Shown here: positions 40,809-51,000 of the stretch, in pieces
Numbering within the stretch: the stretch's first letter is position 1
Layout: every line of letters begins with the position of its first letter
Source of the DNA: Chloroflexota bacterium
GTDB taxonomy: Bacteria > Chloroflexota > Dehalococcoidia > UBA2979
NCBI GenBank assembly: GCA_027593235.1
Contig: JAQCIU010000014.1
Span: forward strand, 12,581-76,580
Reading direction: 5' to 3'
DNA: 64,000 bases
Made by a program: the position numbers and the translations under genes
The notes under the pieces: generated by a model
Told to the model about the DNA's origin: nothing
Database searches by the model: none
Seen by the model: only the letters and a program-made list of their open reading frames with translations

Positions 40809-41825
40809 TCAGCGTGCGTCCGCGATCGGAACGACGACCTCGGCGACCACTTCGTCGAGCACCTCATCGGTGGCCCGACCGCGCAGGCGGGTGTTCGAGT
40901 TGAGGACGAGCCGGTGCGCGAGCACCGGATGCGCGAGCGTCTTCACGTCGTCCGGCCGCACGTAGTCACGCCCGTGGATCGCCGCCCAACCGCGCGCGGC
41001 GCGGAAGAGCGCCAGTGAGGCGCGCGGGCTGGCACCCAGATCGAACGCCTCGTGGCGACGGGTGGCACGGCAGAGCTGCACTGCGTAGCGGGCGACCGCT
41101 TCCTCGACGTGAATCGCGGAGAGCATCGCGCCCAGCCGCGTCAACTCCTCGGCGTCGATCACCGCGCCGAGGTCGTCGAGCGGAGAAGAGTCCTCGAAGC
41201 GATGGACGATCGCGAGTTCGTCGGCCTCGCTCGGGTAGCCGAGCTTCATCCGCACGAAGAAACGGTCGAGCTGCGCCTCCGGGAGCGGGAAGGTGCCCTC
41301 GAGCTCCACAGGGTTCTGCGTCGCGAGCACGATGAACGGATTGGGCAGCGGCTTGGTGATCCCGTCGACCGTGATCGTGCGCTCCTCCATCGCCTCCAGG
41401 AGCGCGGACTGGGTGCGCGGGGTGGCGCGGTTGATCTCGTCGGCGAGCACGATGTTCGCGACGATCGGACCGGGGCGGTACTCGAACTCGCCGCTCTTCT
41501 GTGAGTAAAAGTTGATGCCGACGACGTCCGAGGGCATCAGGTCCGGCGTGAACTGGATCCGATGGAAGCTGGCGCCGATCGACTTCGCCAACGTGCGCGC
41601 CGTCGTCGTCTTGCCGGTGCCGGGCACGTCCTCGAGGAGCACGTGGCCGCGGTTGAGCAGCGCGACGAGCAGCAGATCGACGGCGTCATCGGCACCCACC
41701 ACTACGCGCTGCACGTTCTCACGCACGCGATCGGCGGCAGCCTGGATCGCGGTCGCCGCAGCGGCCCCATCCGCCCGCGAGGGCGCGGCGGACGCGGCCT
41801 GGCCCTCGGTGGTCACATCGACCAC
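40809..41825 (-). CDS. MoxR-family AAA+ ATPase
   Basis: LLEDVPGTGKT, RIQFTPDLMPSD, LADEINRATPRTQSALLEAM, GTFPLPEAQLDRF. Confidence 0.93.
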   Translation of the reverse strand: MVDVTTEGQAASAAPSRADGAAAATAIQAAADRVRENVQRVVVGADDAVDLLLVALLNRGHVLLEDVPGTGKTTTARTLAKSIGASFHRIQFTPDLMPSDVVGINFYSQKSGEFEYRPGPIVANIVLADEINRATPRTQSALLEAMEERTITVDGITKPLPNPFIVLATQNPVELEGTFPLPEAQLDRFFVRMKLGYPSEADELAIVHRFEDSSPLDDLGAVIDAEELTRLGAMLSAIHVEEAVARYAVQLCRATRRHEAFDLGASPRASLALFRAARGWAAIHGRDYVRPDDVKTLAHPVLAHRLVLNSNTRLRGRATDEVLDEVVAEVVVPIADAR

Positions 41826-41990
41826 GGTGTTCCCCCTGCTTCATCCCCGTGAAAGTCGTGCGAGCGTAGCAGACCGGTTCGCCCGCCGAGCCATCCGCGC
41901 AGCTACCCGCCGCAGCGCTGCAACCAACGCGCCCGTACACTGCCCTCGACCCCGGTCACTGCCGAGGCGAGCAGGAACGAGGCACGGACC

Positions 41991-42440
41991 ATGGGAGGCG
42001 ATTCGGACGGAACGGCATCGCCGAATGGGCGGGCCGAAGAAATCGGCGCGCGGCGCGCGGTCCTGATCGAGCTCCTCGCGGAGCTGCCGGAGACCCGGCT
42101 CTCGAAGCCAACGACGCGCCATGGTTGGACGCTTCGCCACGAACTCGCCTGGCTCGCAGCGGCGGACGCGGAGCTACTCCAGCGCCTGGAACTGACCTCC
42201 GGCGCGAACAACGATGAGCCGCACTGGCGCCGGGTGCGCGGGGAAGCGATGCACGCCGCGCAAGAGATGCGCCTGGCGGCGCTGCGCGAACACCTCGCAA
42301 CCAGCGGCGGCCTGGTCGCGACGAGCCTCACGAAGCACGCCGCGCGCCTGAACGACCCGATGATCCGCGCAGCGCTGGAGACCCACCGCGGGCACGGTGA
42401 CTCGGCGACCGCCGCGCTTCGCGAGATGCTCGCGAAGTAG
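41991..42440 (+). CDS. DinB/MDMPI-like four-helix protein (tentative)
   Basis: P..RLSKPT...GWTLRHELAWL resembles the DinB WT..D..AHL motif; late H...H. Confidence 0.45.
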   Translation: MGGDSDGTASPNGRAEEIGARRAVLIELLAELPETRLSKPTTRHGWTLRHELAWLAAADAELLQRLELTSGANNDEPHWRRVRGEAMHAAQEMRLAALREHLATSGGLVATSLTKHAARLNDPMIRAALETHRGHGDSATAALREMLAK

Positions 42441-42597
42441 CCGCCCGCCGCCTGACGGCCGACCTGGCGTCAGAACCCGACACCGCGGTCCGGCACCATG
42501 ACCTCGGAGCCGCGCGTCGCTTTACCTCGCAGGTAATTGGCACGATGACCTTCGGCCCCCACGCTGTCAGCAACGAGTCGAGTGGAGGTGAGCCGTT

Positions 42598-42927
42598 GTG
42601 CGACGCATCTACCTGATCGCGGCGATTGTTGGCGCGATCGCCCCGTATGCCTTCTTCGTGAGCTTCGTTGCCGACGAGGGCGTCGGGTTGCCGACGTTCG
42701 TCCGCGCCGTGTTCGCCAACGGCGCGGCGGGCGGATTCGCGACGGATCTGCTGATCAGCTCCGCGGTGTTCTGGAGCTACATGTTCAGCCGCCGCGACGG
42801 CCCGAATCCGTGGCCGATCGTCGCCGTGAACCTGCTGATCGGCCTCTCCTGCGCGCTCCCGCTCTACCTGTACCAGGCGAGTGGATCGGCCTCGAACGGC
42901 GCGGTGTCGAGGTCGCGCGCCGGCTAG
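42598..42927 (+). CDS. DUF2834-like small membrane protein
   Basis: TM helices with FAN...DLLIS and IGLSCALPLYLY; GGAGGTGA RBS. Confidence 0.7.
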   Translation: MRRIYLIAAIVGAIAPYAFFVSFVADEGVGLPTFVRAVFANGAAGGFATDLLISSAVFWSYMFSRRDGPNPWPIVAVNLLIGLSCALPLYLYQASGSASNGAVSRSRAG

Positions 42928-43075
42928 CGCTCCGCCGCGGCAGCGCGCCGATCCCGAGGGCTGTCGGGCCTCGGCTGCGCCCCTGCGCTGCCGGCAACGA
43001 AATCCGATCAGCGCCTACATGGGCACCCCCGCCACTGGTACGCTTTGGGGCAGTGAAACGGGGGTTTGCTGCGTT

Positions 43076-44563
43076 ATGACATTCACACGGCAGCCAAACG
43101 AGCAGACCGACTCGATCCAGGATCGCCTGGCTATCCCTCGTCAGCAGGTCCCGAAGCAGCAACCGCGCGAGCGCGTCCAGAACTTCGAGGAAACCTACCT
43201 CCCGATGCACCTCGACGCCGCGATCATCGAGGCCGCGCGCTGCATCGATTGCCCCTCGGCGCCGTGCATGTCGGCGTGCCCGGTGCACAACGACATCCCC
43301 GGCGCGCTCAAGCTGCTGGAGGATGGCGACATCCTCGGTGCGGCGAACAAGTTCCGCGAGACCTCCACCCTGCCGGAGATGTGCGGCCGGCTCTGCCCGC
43401 AGGAGTCGCTCTGCGAGGGTGACTGCGTCGTCGGGTTCGCGATCCGACCGGATGGGATCAAGCAGGCGCCGGTCGCGATCGGCCGCCTGGAATCGTTCAT
43501 CACCGACTCGCAGCGTGCACAGCTCGGCGGCTTTCCGAAGCAGCAGGCCGGTCCGTCCACCGGCCGTCGCGTTGCGATCGTGGGGAGCGGCCCCGCCGGA
43601 CTCACCGTTGCCGAGGAGCTGGAGCTTCGCGGCCACCACTGCACGGTCTTCGACATGTGGCCCGAGCCCGGCGGCGTACTCCGCTACGGCATCCCGAACT
43701 TCAAGATGAAGAAGGAGCTGCTCGAAGAGAAGCTGGACGCGCTGCGCGATCTGGGCGTCGAGTTCACGAACAACACCAAGATCGGCACCGACGTGACGCT
43801 CCAGGAGCTGCACGACGACCTCGGCTACGACGTGATCTTCGTCGGGACCGGCGCCGGCGTCGGCAACATGATGCGCATCGAGGGCGAAGAGCTCGGCAAC
43901 ATTTACCAGGCGACGGATTTCCTCGTGCGCGGGAACCTGGAGCCGGACGAGCTGCCGGAGCACCAGCGCGAACGCCCGGCGGTCGGCGACAACTGCGTCG
44001 TAATCGGCGGCGGCGACACCTCGATGGACTGCGTGCGCACGGCGGTCCGCCTGGGCGCGCAGAACGTCACCTGCGTCTACCGGCGCACAGAGAACGAGAT
44101 GCTTGGCCGCGCCGAAGAGCGCACGCACGCCCGCGAGGAAGGCGTCGAGTTCGCCTACCTCACGACCCCTGTTCGCTTCATCGGCGACGACGACGGCAAC
44201 GTCGCGGCGGTTGAGCTGGTGAAGATGGAGCTGAGCGAGCCGGACGACAGCGGACGCCGTCGCCCGGTAGTGATCGAGGGCTCCAACTACACCGTGCCGG
44301 CAAGTGCTGTCGCGATCGCCATCGGCTACGGCGCGGACCCGGAGTTCGCGGAGACGTCGCCGATTTCGACCAACCGCTGGCACCTCATCGAGGTCGACCA
44401 CCGCACCGGCCAGACCAACATTCCCTATGTCTTCGCCGGTGGCGACGTCGTTCAGGGCGCGGACCTGGTGGTCACCGCAATCGCCGATGGCAAGCGCGCG
44501 GCCACCTGGCTGCACACCTACCTCTCCGGCCTCAACGCGATGGCCGCCGAAGAACGCAGCTAG
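43076..44563 (+). CDS. GltD/NfnB(SudA)-like NAD(P)H-dependent Fe-S flavoprotein
   Basis: RCIDC..PC..CP, CGRLCPQE.LCEG.C, GSGPAG, GGGDTSMD, YRR, GGD. Confidence 0.9.
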   Translation: MTFTRQPNEQTDSIQDRLAIPRQQVPKQQPRERVQNFEETYLPMHLDAAIIEAARCIDCPSAPCMSACPVHNDIPGALKLLEDGDILGAANKFRETSTLPEMCGRLCPQESLCEGDCVVGFAIRPDGIKQAPVAIGRLESFITDSQRAQLGGFPKQQAGPSTGRRVAIVGSGPAGLTVAEELELRGHHCTVFDMWPEPGGVLRYGIPNFKMKKELLEEKLDALRDLGVEFTNNTKIGTDVTLQELHDDLGYDVIFVGTGAGVGNMMRIEGEELGNIYQATDFLVRGNLEPDELPEHQRERPAVGDNCVVIGGGDTSMDCVRTAVRLGAQNVTCVYRRTENEMLGRAEERTHAREEGVEFAYLTTPVRFIGDDDGNVAAVELVKMELSEPDDSGRRRPVVIEGSNYTVPASAVAIAIGYGADPEFAETSPISTNRWHLIEVDHRTGQTNIPYVFAGGDVVQGADLVVTAIADGKRAATWLHTYLSGLNAMAAEERS

Positions 44564-44740
44564 TCCGAGACGCACGCACCGCCGCCAGGCCTCCTGCCTC
44601 GAGGTGCGTCCCGAGGTCTGGGGCGGCACCCGCCCTCGACAGTCTCGCGAGCTGAGCGGGGGTGCGGTCGGCTGTCAGCCCAACGTCCCGCGCTCTGCTA
44701 TCGTCTCCGCCGAGTCGCCCAGCCACCGAGGAGTCCCTGC

Positions 44741-45973
44741 ATGCGCGCCGAAATCATCTCGATCGGTACCGAGATCATGCTCGGCGAAATCACGGATACC
44801 AACGCCGCGTTCATCGCCTCCCAGCTCCCGGAATTCGGCATCGATCTGCTCTGGGTGTCTCAGCTCGGCGACAACCCGGACCGGCTGCGTGAGACCTTCA
44901 ATCGCGCCTGGGAACGCTCCGACATCATCTTCACCACCGGCGGGCTCGGCCCAACCCAGGACGACCTCACCCGCGAGATGGTCGCCGGCGCGCTGGGCGA
45001 AGAACTGTACCGCGACGCGGATCAGGAATCGCACCTGCGCCAGATGATGGAGTCTCGAGGGCGCACGATGCCCGAGAGCAATCTGAAGCAGGCGAACCTG
45101 ATCGCCTCGGCGCGCGCGATCTCCAACCCGCGCGGCACCGCCCCCGGCTGGTGGGTAGAGCGCGACGGCAAGATCTTTGTCGTGATGCCCGGACCACCGT
45201 CCGAAATGACGCGGATGTGGGAGCACGAGGTCGTCCCGGAACTGGATAAGCGCGCCGAGGGCATCCTGGTATCGCGCACGCTCAAGACCACCGGAATCGG
45301 CGAGGGATCTGTCGACGAGATGCTGTCGCCGCTGCTCGCCGGGACGAACCCCTCGATCGGCATCTACGCGCGCCGCGATGGCGTGCACGCGCGCATCTCC
45401 GCCAAGGCCGCGACCCGCGAGGAGGCGTGGCACCTGATCCACCCGGTGGAGGACGAGGCACGGCGCATCCTCGGCGCGTCGGTCTGGGGCATCGACGAAG
45501 ATACGCTCGAGGCGGCAATCGGCCGGATGCTAATCGAGCGTGGGCTCACCCTCGGCGCGATGGAGTCGGCGACGGGCGGCGCGATCGCCGACACGATCAC
45601 CAACGTCTCGGGCTCCTCGGAGTACTTCAAAGGCAGCCTGGTCACGTACGCCACGCAGGCGAAGATCGCGATGGGCGTCCCCGCGGAGATCGTGGCGATG
45701 CACGGCGTGATCTCCCGCGAGGTCGCCGAGGCGATGGCCGACGCGGCCCGCGCCCGCCTGGAAACGGACCTCGGCATCGGCATCACCGGCATCGCCGGCA
45801 ATGAGGAGGTCGAGGGCCAGCCCCCCGGCACGATGCACATTGCTCTTTCCGACGGCGAGCACATCGAGTACTCCCACTCGCAGTACTACCAGGGTCGCGA
45901 AGCCGCCAAGCGGCGCGCCGCGCTGATGGCGCTGACGATGCTCCGCCGCTACCTGATGGCAGAGCGCGTCTGA
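44741..45973 (+). CDS. cinA: competence/damage-inducible protein A (MCF domain + PncC)
   Basis: IGTE..G...DTN, GGLGPTQDDLT, GTAPG, ESATGG, GITGIAG. Confidence 0.92.
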   Translation: MRAEIISIGTEIMLGEITDTNAAFIASQLPEFGIDLLWVSQLGDNPDRLRETFNRAWERSDIIFTTGGLGPTQDDLTREMVAGALGEELYRDADQESHLRQMMESRGRTMPESNLKQANLIASARAISNPRGTAPGWWVERDGKIFVVMPGPPSEMTRMWEHEVVPELDKRAEGILVSRTLKTTGIGEGSVDEMLSPLLAGTNPSIGIYARRDGVHARISAKAATREEAWHLIHPVEDEARRILGASVWGIDEDTLEAAIGRMLIERGLTLGAMESATGGAIADTITNVSGSSEYFKGSLVTYATQAKIAMGVPAEIVAMHGVISREVAEAMADAARARLETDLGIGITGIAGNEEVEGQPPGTMHIALSDGEHIEYSHSQYYQGREAAKRRAALMALTMLRRYLMAERV

Positions 45974-45986
45974 GGCGCAGCGAGGC

Positions 45987-46979
45987 GTGACACCCCTCGA
46001 CGTCCCCCGCATCCTCCTCGGCGACAACGTCCTCTACCCGCTGCCGCTGCGCGACGGCGGCGTGTTCCTCATCGACGCGGGGCCCCACATCCCCGCCCGC
46101 GACAGCTCCGAGGACTCATGGACCTCGCTCGCGACGCAGCTCGCCGCGCATGGCATCGAGGTTGGCGACATCCGCTTCGCCCTCGTCACCCACGCGCACC
46201 TCGATCACGCCGGGCTCGCTTATCGCTGGGCGGAGGCAGGCGCGCAGGTGCTGGCCGGGGCGGCGGACCTCCTTGCGATCGAGCGCGGACAGGCGTCACG
46301 CGACGCACAGCGCGCGCTCCAGCTCGAGGACCTGCTGCGCCACGGCTGCCCGCCGGACGTCATCGAGGGCATGCGCTCACCGCGGGGCCGTCATCCCGCA
46401 GGCCTGCGCTGGGAGCCCTGTCCCGGCCGCTCGCTCGCGGCGCCGGAGCCTGCCTACGACCTCGAGGGTGGGCGCACGCTGCTGGTGATCGACGCGCCCG
46501 GGCATACGCCCGGTAACGTCGTGGCGTTCATCGCGGAGACGGGGGAGCTGTTCAGCGGCGACACGATCCTGCCGACGACCGTACCGACGCCCGGCATGCA
46601 CTACCCGGCGGCGATCGAGGGCGTCGCGGATGCGCCGCGCTGGCCCTCGCTGCCCCCGTTCATCGCCTCCGTGACACGCCTGCGCGAGCTACCGATCCGG
46701 CGCATCTTCCCCGGCCACGGCGAACCCGTCGACGATCCGGAGCGGCTGTTCGCGCGCTTCGAGGAGCACCACGCGCGCCGCGCTCGCCGCCTCCGCGCCG
46801 CCCTCCTCGACGGCCCCGCCAGCACCTACGAGGTCGCGAAGCGCATGTTCCCGCGCATCCCGCCGCGGCGGCTGGGGCAGGCGATCACCGAGCTGCTCGG
46901 GCACCTCGATCTGCTCGAGCGCGAGGGAGCGGTTGTCGTGCAACGCGAGGGCGACGGGGTGCGGTACCGGCTGAGCTAG
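45987..46979 (+). CDS. MBL-fold metallo-hydrolase with C-terminal winged helix
   Basis: THAHLDHAG, PGHT, SGD, PGHG. Confidence 0.88.
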   Translation: MTPLDVPRILLGDNVLYPLPLRDGGVFLIDAGPHIPARDSSEDSWTSLATQLAAHGIEVGDIRFALVTHAHLDHAGLAYRWAEAGAQVLAGAADLLAIERGQASRDAQRALQLEDLLRHGCPPDVIEGMRSPRGRHPAGLRWEPCPGRSLAAPEPAYDLEGGRTLLVIDAPGHTPGNVVAFIAETGELFSGDTILPTTVPTPGMHYPAAIEGVADAPRWPSLPPFIASVTRLRELPIRRIFPGHGEPVDDPERLFARFEEHHARRARRLRAALLDGPASTYEVAKRMFPRIPPRRLGQAITELLGHLDLLEREGAVVVQREGDGVRYRLS

Positions 46980-47034
46980 CCGACCTCGTGGTTTCGAGCG
47001 AAGGCGCTCACCTCGAGCGACTGGAACGGGCGGG

Positions 47035-47949
47035 TCAGTCGGTCAACCGGTCCCAGCGGAACCAGCCGTCCAGCGGCACCTCGCTCAGGTTCCGATTCGA
47101 CTCCCCACGCCACGGTCTCCATGGGCCGTACACGCCGACGTGCGACGCGCCGCCCAGAACGGCCGCCCACCACGACAAGGTCCCGTGCTCGAACAGGACG
47201 TTGTCGAACGTTCGGAGGTAGTCGAAGTCCTCGGCGGGCGAGGTAGACCGGAAGATCGGGTCGAAACGACTCAGTCCCTCAACGAACTCGTTCAGGTACT
47301 CGATGGACTCGGACAGGGGGACCGCCTGGTGCTCGGGGATCGACCGATGGAAGTTCACCGACCGCAGTTCCGCCTCCGTGTAGGCCTTCCAGACCGGCAG
47401 ATCGGACACGATGTGGAGTCGATCAAAATCGAACCGCTCGATCGCCGCAAGGTAGTCGGCGATCCGCGGCTTCTCGTAGAACTCCTCTTTCATGAAGAGG
47501 CGATCGCCGGTCCGAAAATGCAATGCCAGATCCCGACCGGAACGCTTCTCGACCGGTTGAAACCAGGAACGAATCGTTTCGAGGTGCGGGAGATAGTAGC
47601 GGTAGTCTTCGAAGAACCCGCTGAGCAACATCCGCCTCCGCGGATAGTCGCCACGCGCCACCTCTTCGTAATACCGCTCAGTAATGATGAATCTGAACTG
47701 ACGGCTGTCGGTCACGTTCAGATCGATTCCGAGCTTTGAGAACTCGCTGATCGCAGACGCGCTGGGTGGCTGAGTGATCCACAGTGGCAACCGGTAGTGC
47801 TCCGCCAGTAGCCGGGCGGCGATGTACTGGAACAGATTGTTGCCAAAGCCCAGTGTGAACGTGACGCAGACCATGTCCGGCAACCGGATCACGCCGAGCT
47901 GATCCAGCAGTGATGGCACTCGTCGGATCGCGCGCTCAGCGAGGTTCAT
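47035..47949 (-). CDS. GT11 alpha-1,2-fucosyltransferase-like glycosyltransferase
   Basis: GFGNNLFQY, LHFRTGD, GTLSWWAA.LG; visibly lower GC than flanks. Confidence 0.7.
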   Translation of the reverse strand: MNLAERAIRRVPSLLDQLGVIRLPDMVCVTFTLGFGNNLFQYIAARLLAEHYRLPLWITQPPSASAISEFSKLGIDLNVTDSRQFRFIITERYYEEVARGDYPRRRMLLSGFFEDYRYYLPHLETIRSWFQPVEKRSGRDLALHFRTGDRLFMKEEFYEKPRIADYLAAIERFDFDRLHIVSDLPVWKAYTEAELRSVNFHRSIPEHQAVPLSESIEYLNEFVEGLSRFDPIFRSTSPAEDFDYLRTFDNVLFEHGTLSWWAAVLGGASHVGVYGPWRPWRGESNRNLSEVPLDGWFRWDRLTD

Positions 47950-48036
47950 TGGCGACGCTCCGTGTCACGAGTCGGCGGAGCGACCGCGTGACATCACACA
48001 CTACGACCAGCGTGTGATGTACTAGGAACGTATCAG

Positions 48037-51000
48037 TTAGTCGGCTGCGAGGTGTCGGTACAGCGTCGGCAACCGCCGAGGCAACGACTCGATGTTGTCG
48101 ACGACCTCGTAGCCGATGTCGTCGCACATCTGCTTCAGGTAGTCGTGGCCTTCCTTGTCGACAGTGATCAGGAACGGCGTCACACCGATGCGTTTGGCCT
48201 CGTTGAGGGCCTGCTTCGTGTCGTGGACGGCGTATTCCTTCTCGGTGCGGTCGCGGCCATAGCCGTGATCCTGCGGGCGTCCGTCGGACACCATGATCAG
48301 AATCTTCACCTTCGCGTCGTACTGATCCAGCTTGTGGGTGGCGTGGCGGATCGCCGGACCCATGCGCGTCGAGCGGACCGGATCGATCTTGTCGATGCGC
48401 TTGCGGACGCGGTCTGAGAACTCCTCGTCCAGGTCCTTGATCACGTGGAACTCCACGTTGTCGCGACCGTAGCCGGAGAAGCCGTAGATGCCGTACGCGT
48501 CGCCAATCGCTTCGAGGGCTTCGACGACCAGGACGGTCGACTCCTTCTCGAGGTCGATGATGCGCTTCGGTGGCTCGATCGCCTGCTTGGCACGGCGCTG
48601 GGCGAGCCACTGGAAGTACTTCGAGGGATCGCCCTGGAAGTCTTCTTCCTCTTCTTCGTACTTCTGGCGCTGCTTCTCGATCTCCTCGTCGGTGGAGGCC
48701 GACATGTCGAGGAGGAACGCGACCGCGACATCGCGCTCGATCTTGTTACGCCGCGAGTAGACGCGCGCGAGCGGACCGACGCCGGCCTTCTTGTCGATGT
48801 GGAAGGAAATCGCCTCGTCCAGATCGATCTCGTGACCGTCTTCCAGGCGCCGCATCTTGCGGAAGCTTTCCGGGCGCATGAGTTCGAACTGGCGACGGGT
48901 CTCCATCACCAGGCCGTGGTGCTTGCGGAGGATCTCTTCGTAGTACTCGGTGTCGCCCTCGTCGCCGAGGCGCTCGCCGACGCGGCACCAGCGCGGGCGG
49001 TAGTCCGACGCGCGGAAGTCCCACTCGTCGTAGTAGTGCCACTCCACCTCGACCTTGAGCTCTTCGTCGTCGGCGCCTTCGCCGCCGCCCGGTTCGTCAC
49101 CGGACTCGCCGTCCTCGCCCTTCTTCTCGCTGGCGGGGGTGGCGGAATCCTTCTCGAGGTTGTCCAGGAACATCCCGAGGCTGGACGCGAGGTCGCCCTC
49201 TGCCCACTCGCTGATTGTGATCTCCACGGAGTTCTGGAGCAGCTCCATGAGCTGTTCCTTGGTCAGCGGGGAGGCGGTGCCATCCTGCTGTCCGCCCTGC
49301 TGGTCCTTCAGCTTCATCATCAGCTGGACCAGTTCCGGCTTGAAGTCGCCACGGAACTCCGGCTGCTCCGGGTTCTGGAAGGCCATCTCTTCGCCGGACG
49401 GCATCGGTGCGTCGCCACCTTCGCCGCCACCGGGCATGTCCGGAGCGATCGAGATCATGTCTTCGTCGGGCGCCAGCCAGTCGGCCTCGATCGCGTCTTG
49501 CGGGAGGTTCGGGATCCGCATCGCGATGTCGTAGAGGGCCGCCGCGACCTCGGCGGTGTCCTGCACCGTCGCACCGGGCTGCTCCGCGATCTTCAACGCC
49601 GCCAGCGCCTGCGCCAACGTGTCCTGCATCGTCAGCGGCCAGCGGACGGTGTCCGGGCGACCCAACGAGGCGCGCAAGAGGTTCTCGACGAACGCCTGGC
49701 GCAGGCCCATCGCCCGCACCTCGGGGCGGCGCTCGGACTCGATGCTCTGGAGGCGCGCCAGCCAGGCGCGGATGCCGCCGTACTCGCGCGAGACGAACGC
49801 GTCGACACGCGTGTCCTCGGCGATCGTGAACAGGCCGGAGATGAGGAGGCGGTCGGAGAACATGTTAAAGTACCGCTGCATCGCGGTACTGGCGAGGCGC
49901 TCGACCGGTGCAACCTCGCCGGCTTCGGTCGCCTCGGTCGCTGCAGCGGCCTCCGTCGCATCGATGCCGCGCTCAGCGAGCGCGGCGGCGCGCCGTTGCT
50001 CGCGATCGACGACTGTCGAGGGCGTCAGCGGCCCCTGCTCGCCCCAGCGGTAGCCGAACGAGCCGAACTCGAGCCGCCCCGTCTGGTGCGTCGTGTAGAC
50101 CTTGTAGACCTGAAAGTTGGACGCCTGCTCGGGGAACGAGCTGACGAACGGCGGCAGGTAGATTGTCGTGCCCTCGGTCGTCGGCGCCGACTCGGACATC
50201 CAGCCGATGTTGCGATCGACCAGCTCTTCCGAGGACAGGACGGCGACCTGCTCGCCGGACAGCGCCTTCGCGTAGAGGCGCAGCATGCTGCTCACCGCGG
50301 GCAGTTCCACCCGCGCGGACAGCGCGCGCAGCATCTCTTCGGCACGCGTGGACTCGAGGCGGAAGTACGCCTCCGCACCTTCCGCGTTGCCCTGCTTGAG
50401 GATCTCGATGCCGGTCTCGGCCCAGCGGCCCATCTGTTCGGCGGTGAGGCGGGAGCGTACGAACGGCGCGGACTTCAGGTACTCCATCGCGGCGGTGGAG
50501 CTACCGGGCGCGACCGAGGACGCGAACGCCAGCAGCGCGCCGTGATCCTCCGCCTCAACCTGGGTCAGCGATTGCGCTGCATCCGCGAAGAGCGGGAACC
50601 CCTGCCGGCCGACGTCCATCGTCACGCGCGAGGCGAGATCGAGGAACGCGCCACGCTGATCGGCGGCGACGCCCTCGATGAGCTTCGGACCGCGTTCGAA
50701 GTAGAGACGGGTGTCCGCCCACGATGCGCGGGTGACCGCGCGGGCGAACGCCAGGAACGGCTCGCGATCGGCCGCCGCGAGGTGCTCGAAGATCTCGCCG
50801 GCCCCCTCGAGGACGCTGTTCGCTAGTTCGTAGGAACGCTCGGTGAGCTGATCGATGATGTCGACGAGGCGCCCCACCGAGGCGAGCGGCAGCGATCCGA
50901 GCAGCCGCGGGCTGTGCTGGAAGTAGAGCCCGGCAAGCGCGATCGACTTCCAGTTGCCGCGACAGAGCCGTCCGCCCTGTTGCGACCAGGTGTCCAGCTC

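Noticed and set aside
37747-41825. MoxR-DUF58-DUF4129 operon as a novel system
   Set aside because: This is a common, already described gene arrangement, although its function is poorly defined.
46980-48036. Mobile element carrying the GT11-like gene
   Set aside because: I saw no transposase, integrase, terminal inverted repeats or target-site duplication around the gene.
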